IMG/VR virus record: IMGVR_UViG_3300021180_000045
Span: 1-27,257 of that record
Source: a virus
Lineage: Duplodnaviria > Caudoviricetes
Strand: one strand, 5' to 3'
DNA: 27,257 bases
The translations under genes and the position numbers were made by a program. Shown here one piece after another: positions 23,223 to 27,257 of the stretch (position 1 is its first letter; each line of letters begins with the position of its first letter). The notes below the pieces were generated by a model. The model made no database searches. It was given only the letters and a program-made list of their open reading frames with translations, and was not told where the DNA came from.

Positions 23223-25048
23223 GCACCCAGTTCAAACCGCTTGAGATCCCGCCCGGGGTGGTCGCGCTGCCGACCAAGCAGATGCGCTCGTCCAACTGGG
23301 CGGAAGTCAATTTGATGCGCTGGGTCGAGGGACAATTGACGCCGATCGGCGGGCAGGCGCAGTACAATTATGCCTTCGCCACCCGCTGCAAGGTGATCCA
23401 CGACTGGTACGATCTCAGCAGCGTGCATTACATCGCTTATTTGTGCGAAGCCAACCTCTATGTCGACGTCGGCGGCCAGCTCTACGACATTTCGCCGGTT
23501 CCTCCGCTGACCCCGCCTGCGTCGTTCGGCCAGGGCGGTTACGGCGAGGGCAACTATTCGGACGGCACTTACGGCACGCCGCGCGACGTCTCCACCATTC
23601 AGGCGATGAACGAGATGCCGAGCGCTTGGAGCCTCGACAACTTCGGTCAGATCCTGCTGGCGATGACCTCGCCGGATGGGCGCCTGCTGCAGTGGGATCC
23701 GACCCAGGGTTCGCCCGGTCTGGTGGCGAGCGTCGAGGCCTATACGCCGTGGGGCACCAATCAAAACACGATTCAGATGCTCGCCCTCAATCCTGGCTCC
23801 GTCGTGCCGGGCATGGCGGTCTACAACCAGACGACCGGGCGTCCGGTAGGGACAGTCGAAACCTATCCGAGCGACAGTCCCACGCTGACTTTGACCGCCA
23901 ACGCGCTCAATCCGGGCTCAGCCAACGACCTGCTCGGGTTCGGCAACATCGCCACTCTGGTGGAGCCCAATGCGGGCCGCGGCCCGGTGCCGCAAGGTCG
24001 CTTATTCGTTGTTACACAAGAACGTTTTGTGATGATGTTTGGGACCGAGGGCGACGGCACTGTGGGAGGCGGGTCGTTCAGAAGGTTCGCATGGTGCGAC
24101 CAGGAAAATTTTCAGGCCTGGGACTATGGCAACGTCACCAGCCAAGCGGGCTTTCTCGACATCGAGCCCGCATCGCCGATCGTCACCGCTAAGGCGACGC
24201 CGCTCGGCGTGCTCTTTTGGACCGGCGTCAGCGCCTACATCAGCACCTTTTCCGGTCTCCCCTACATCTACAATTACGTGGAGATCTCGAAGAACGACAC
24301 GCCCTGGTCGCCGTGCAGCGTCGTCTCGACCACGATCATGACGCTCTGGTTCTCCAAGCAGGGACTGTTCTCGTACAACGGCGCGTGGGTGGCGCCGATC
24401 CCGTGCAAGGTGCGGCCATGGGTCGATGACGACATCGACCTCCTCAACGTGCGCGAGCAGGCCTGCGCGGTGCATGTCGCCGATTTCAATGAGTTCTGGT
24501 GGTTCTTCCCGCAGGGCCCAGCCACCAACGCCTCGGGTGAGGGCTACAACACCCGATGCATAATCTACAACTATAAAGAGGGATGGTGGTCGATGGGGCA
24601 GATGTCCCGCTCGGCGGGCATCCGCGCCGCCTATACCGTCAACACCATCATGGCGGACGGGACGCTCGCTTACGAGCACGAGGCGAGCAATGTCTATCCC
24701 GCCAACGTGCCGCTGCCGTGGGCCGAGACCTTCGACCTTAACCTCAATTCCGGAGCCAAGCTGACCACGCTGAAGCAGCTCCAGCCCGACGTCAGCGGCG
24801 ACGTCCTCAACCTGCTTTACAGCTTGTTCTACAAGACCAGCCGGTCGGTGATGCCGGACGCCAACGGCAATGCGACTCCGGTGATCGAGCTGCAGACCGC
24901 GCCGCAGCCGGTCCGTCCGAACGGCTACGTCGACCTGCGCACCACCGGGCGCGACATGCGGCTCAGAATCGCGCTCGCCGGGCCCGCGGTTAATCCGGTG
25001 ACGGTCGGCCAGCACCTCGTCGATTCGGCGCCGAGAGGAGATCGCTGA
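23219..25048 (+). CDS. Tail nozzle / stabilisation protein (P22 gp10- or T7 gp12-like role)
   Basis: Beta-rich 609 aa; WSLDNFG, WCDQEN...W, FNEFWWFFP, IYNY.E..W..G...R, VDLR.TGR. Confidence 0.8.
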   Translation: MSTQFKPLEIPPGVVALPTKQMRSSNWAEVNLMRWVEGQLTPIGGQAQYNYAFATRCKVIHDWYDLSSVHYIAYLCEANLYVDVGGQLYDISPVPPLTPPASFGQGGYGEGNYSDGTYGTPRDVSTIQAMNEMPSAWSLDNFGQILLAMTSPDGRLLQWDPTQGSPGLVASVEAYTPWGTNQNTIQMLALNPGSVVPGMAVYNQTTGRPVGTVETYPSDSPTLTLTANALNPGSANDLLGFGNIATLVEPNAGRGPVPQGRLFVVTQERFVMMFGTEGDGTVGGGSFRRFAWCDQENFQAWDYGNVTSQAGFLDIEPASPIVTAKATPLGVLFWTGVSAYISTFSGLPYIYNYVEISKNDTPWSPCSVVSTTIMTLWFSKQGLFSYNGAWVAPIPCKVRPWVDDDIDLLNVREQACAVHVADFNEFWWFFPQGPATNASGEGYNTRCIIYNYKEGWWSMGQMSRSAGIRAAYTVNTIMADGTLAYEHEASNVYPANVPLPWAETFDLNLNSGAKLTTLKQLQPDVSGDVLNLLYSLFYKTSRSVMPDANGNATPVIELQTAPQPVRPNGYVDLRTTGRDMRLRIALAGPAVNPVTVGQHLVDSAPRGDR

Positions 25049-25341
25049 TGTCGTCTGTTCCGACCCCGCCACAGCCACAGCCGCCGCCGCCGGTCCCCAG
25101 CGATCCTTCGCTCGGCGTCTCGCTGAGCAATTATCTCAATCAGTTCTCGCTGTGGTGCCGTCGCGGCTTCGCCGCCAAGATGAACGCCAATGTCGCGCTC
25201 GATGGCGTGCTGTTCCAAGCCTACAACCCCCCAGCTGGGGCGCAGCCGACAGTCTGGATGCTGCAGGTCAACCAAGCTGGCAACTTCGTCATCACCCAGG
25301 TGGCGCTCGGCACCGGGCAGATCGGGACCCGGCCGCCATGA
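25048..25341 (+). CDS. Small virion-associated protein (97 aa)
   Basis: TGATG coupling after the nozzle; W.L.V..AG. Confidence 0.7.
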   Translation: MSSVPTPPQPQPPPPVPSDPSLGVSLSNYLNQFSLWCRRGFAAKMNANVALDGVLFQAYNPPAGAQPTVWMLQVNQAGNFVITQVALGTGQIGTRPP

Positions 25342-25694
25342 CCCATGTCTATGAGCGTCATCTCGCCCGCGCGCTCGACCGGATGGGCGGCATCTATGGG
25401 CTCGACGACATCCTCGCGGCGATTCCCGAGGGGCGTTTTCAGAGCTTCGCCGAGGGCGATTCCTGGGCGCTGACCAAGATCGCGGATTTCCCGAAAAAGC
25501 GGCTGCTGGAGATCCTGGTGGCGCTCGGCGACCTTGAAGCCTGCCGGACGCTGCATGATCGAGTTCTACAATACGCGGAACGTAATGACGTCGATCTGGT
25601 GCAAGCCTATGGTCGGCGTGGGTGGCTGCGTGATGCGAGGACGCACGGCTGGAAGATCAAGACCACGGCGTATCTCTATCAGCGGGAGCTGTAG
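25338..25694 (+). CDS. GNAT-like protein preceding the ejection genes
   Basis: Start re-called at 25338; YGRRGWLR.....GW; position before the Gln-rich gene. Confidence 0.65.
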   Translation: MTHVYERHLARALDRMGGIYGLDDILAAIPEGRFQSFAEGDSWALTKIADFPKKRLLEILVALGDLEACRTLHDRVLQYAERNDVDLVQAYGRRGWLRDARTHGWKIKTTAYLYQREL

Positions 25695-27086
25695 ATGAGC
25701 GGCTCGACAGACACCACCTCAAACACCAACAGCTCCTCGGAATCGGTCAACCAGATCCCGCAGTGGGTCCAAAACGCCGGTCAGGCCAATTATGGCCTCG
25801 CTCAACAAGTGGCTTCGCAGCCTTTACAGCAATATCAAGGACAAATGGTCGCTGATGTCGCGCCTCAAACCCAGCAGGCGTGGAACATGGCGGCCAACAG
25901 CGGCTCGGTCGGCCAGCCCGCGCAGAACGCCGCGCAGGCGGGCTACCTCAACACGATGGCCCAGGCTCCGGGGCAGATCAACCCGGCCCAGCTGTCAAAT
26001 ACCAATTTAAGCCCGTATATGAATCCCTACACTCAGTCGGTTATCAACAGCACCATTCCGTTAATGCAGCAGTCGAACGCGCTGCAGCAAAATCAGGTTC
26101 AGGACCAAGCCGCTTCGGCCAACGCCTATGGCGGCTCGCGCCAGGGGATCCAACAAGGCGTCGCTCAGGCTCAAGGCGCCCTGAATATCGGCCAGATGGC
26201 GGCCGGGCTCAATCAAGCCAACTTCGGGCAGGCCCAGACGGCGGCTCAGTCCGACGTCGCGGCGCAGAACACCGCGGCGGCGCAGAATCAAGCGGCCGGG
26301 CTCAGTCAGGAAGGGCTGGTCAATCAGGCGGCGCAGGGGCTTGGCAACCTCGGCAGCCAGCAGATGCAGAACAACCTCGCCAATTTCGGCATGCTGAGCG
26401 CGGCTGGGGGTCAGCAGCAGCAACAGCAGCAAAACGACATCAACGCCCAGATGGCCAAGTTCCAGCAGGCGTTCTCCTACCCGCAGAGCCAGCTCGGGAT
26501 CATGGAATCCTCGCTCGGCATGACGCCTTACAACACCGCGACCTCGGGCTCGTCGGCGTCGAGCACCGACACCACCCAGACCCAATCGAATCCGTTCGGC
26601 GCCGCGACCTCGGGCATGCAGATGCTCGGCTCGCTGTTCAGCGGCGGCGCGAACAGCGCGATGTCGGGGCTTACGAGCTTCCTCGGCGGCTCCGATCGCA
26701 GGCTTAAGACCGACATCAAGAAGGTCGGCAAGCATCCGGCGGGCGTCGGCATCTACTCCTATCGATACAAGGGTGACCCAAAGACGTACCCCAAGGTCGT
26801 GGGCCCGATGGCCGAGGACGTGATGAAGATCGCGCCGCACGCGGTCCGGCCGATGACCACCAAGGGTCATCTCGCCGTCCATATGCCGACCCTCGACGCG
26901 CTTTCGACGCCGCCCTCTTCGCCCGGCGTCGCCAAGGCGATCGGCATGCTCGGCCGCGGAACGCCGGGCAAGCTGTCGCCGAACGCCACCCCGCCGACGC
27001 AGCCGATCGGCGTCGGCCGAGGCGCGCTGGCGCGCGCACCGACCCGGCGGATCAACGCCCCCATCGTTGGAGCGCTCGGTGCCTAA
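25695..27086 (+). CDS. Gln-rich DNA ejection/internal virion protein with peptidase S74 (intramolecular chaperone) domain
   Basis: QIPQWVQ, YMNPYTQ.VI, AYGGSRQ; then GSDRRLKTDIKKVG...IYSYRYKGD...GPMAEDV....P.AV. Confidence 0.8.
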   Translation: MSGSTDTTSNTNSSSESVNQIPQWVQNAGQANYGLAQQVASQPLQQYQGQMVADVAPQTQQAWNMAANSGSVGQPAQNAAQAGYLNTMAQAPGQINPAQLSNTNLSPYMNPYTQSVINSTIPLMQQSNALQQNQVQDQAASANAYGGSRQGIQQGVAQAQGALNIGQMAAGLNQANFGQAQTAAQSDVAAQNTAAAQNQAAGLSQEGLVNQAAQGLGNLGSQQMQNNLANFGMLSAAGGQQQQQQQNDINAQMAKFQQAFSYPQSQLGIMESSLGMTPYNTATSGSSASSTDTTQTQSNPFGAATSGMQMLGSLFSGGANSAMSGLTSFLGGSDRRLKTDIKKVGKHPAGVGIYSYRYKGDPKTYPKVVGPMAEDVMKIAPHAVRPMTTKGHLAVHMPTLDALSTPPSSPGVAKAIGMLGRGTPGKLSPNATPPTQPIGVGRGALARAPTRRINAPIVGALGA

Positions 27087-27257
27087 CGATCCGTGGCTCA
27101 GCGATCCGGCGAACGCCGGTGGGATTCCGCCCTGGTGGACTGTCGGTTCGCCGGGCGCCGCCGCTTCGACGCCGTCCGGCGCGCCGAGCCCGGGCACGAC
27201 GCCGACGACGGGCACCACGCTGAACTCGCTGCCCCCGGCGCAGGCGACCAACGCAGC
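27079..27257 (+). CDS. Next virion gene, truncated by the window end
   Basis: GTG at 27079 after GGAG; MPNDPWLSDPANAGGIPPWW... open to the end. Confidence 0.65.
   Translation, partial: MPNDPWLSDPANAGGIPPWWTVGSPGAAASTPSGAPSPGTTPTTGTTLNSLPPAQATNA

Noticed and set aside
10060-25694. Amber (TAG) stop-codon reassignment
   Set aside because: All large genes are intact under code 11 and the TAG codons fall at sensible gene ends

Overview
GC-rich fragment of a tailed dsDNA phage or prophage with short-tail (podovirus-like) organisation; an alphaproteobacterial host is plausible but only inferred. There are two divergent arms. The left arm (1-7485, minus strand) is a tightly coupled train of about 23 small early/accessory genes: Zn-ribbon proteins, an HNH nuclease, a DUF6011-like protein, two paralogous HTH proteins and a Cys-rich Gp88/radical-SAM-like protein. 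It is driven by four sigma70-like promoters, three of which share an ATAAGGAC box. A 176-bp nested inverted-repeat element lies at 6582-6757, and a palindrome-dense divergent spacer at about 7500-7910. The right arm (7914-end, plus strand) encodes putative TerS, TerL, an HNH nuclease, a 941-aa portal with Pro-rich and Gln/His-rich additions, scaffold, major capsid, a GH19 endolysin with membrane proteins, an adaptor, two signal-peptide-bearing paralogues, a tail fibre with five T4-foldon-like repeats, a collar fibre, a nozzle, a GNAT-like protein and a Gln-rich ejection-type protein carrying an S74 autocleaving domain. The strongest leads are the exported Cys-motif protein pair inside the tail module, the duplicated promoter/leader cassette with two HTH paralogues, the nested IR element, and AT-rich recoded patches at conserved motifs of core genes. 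All family calls come from reading motifs by eye; no searches were run.
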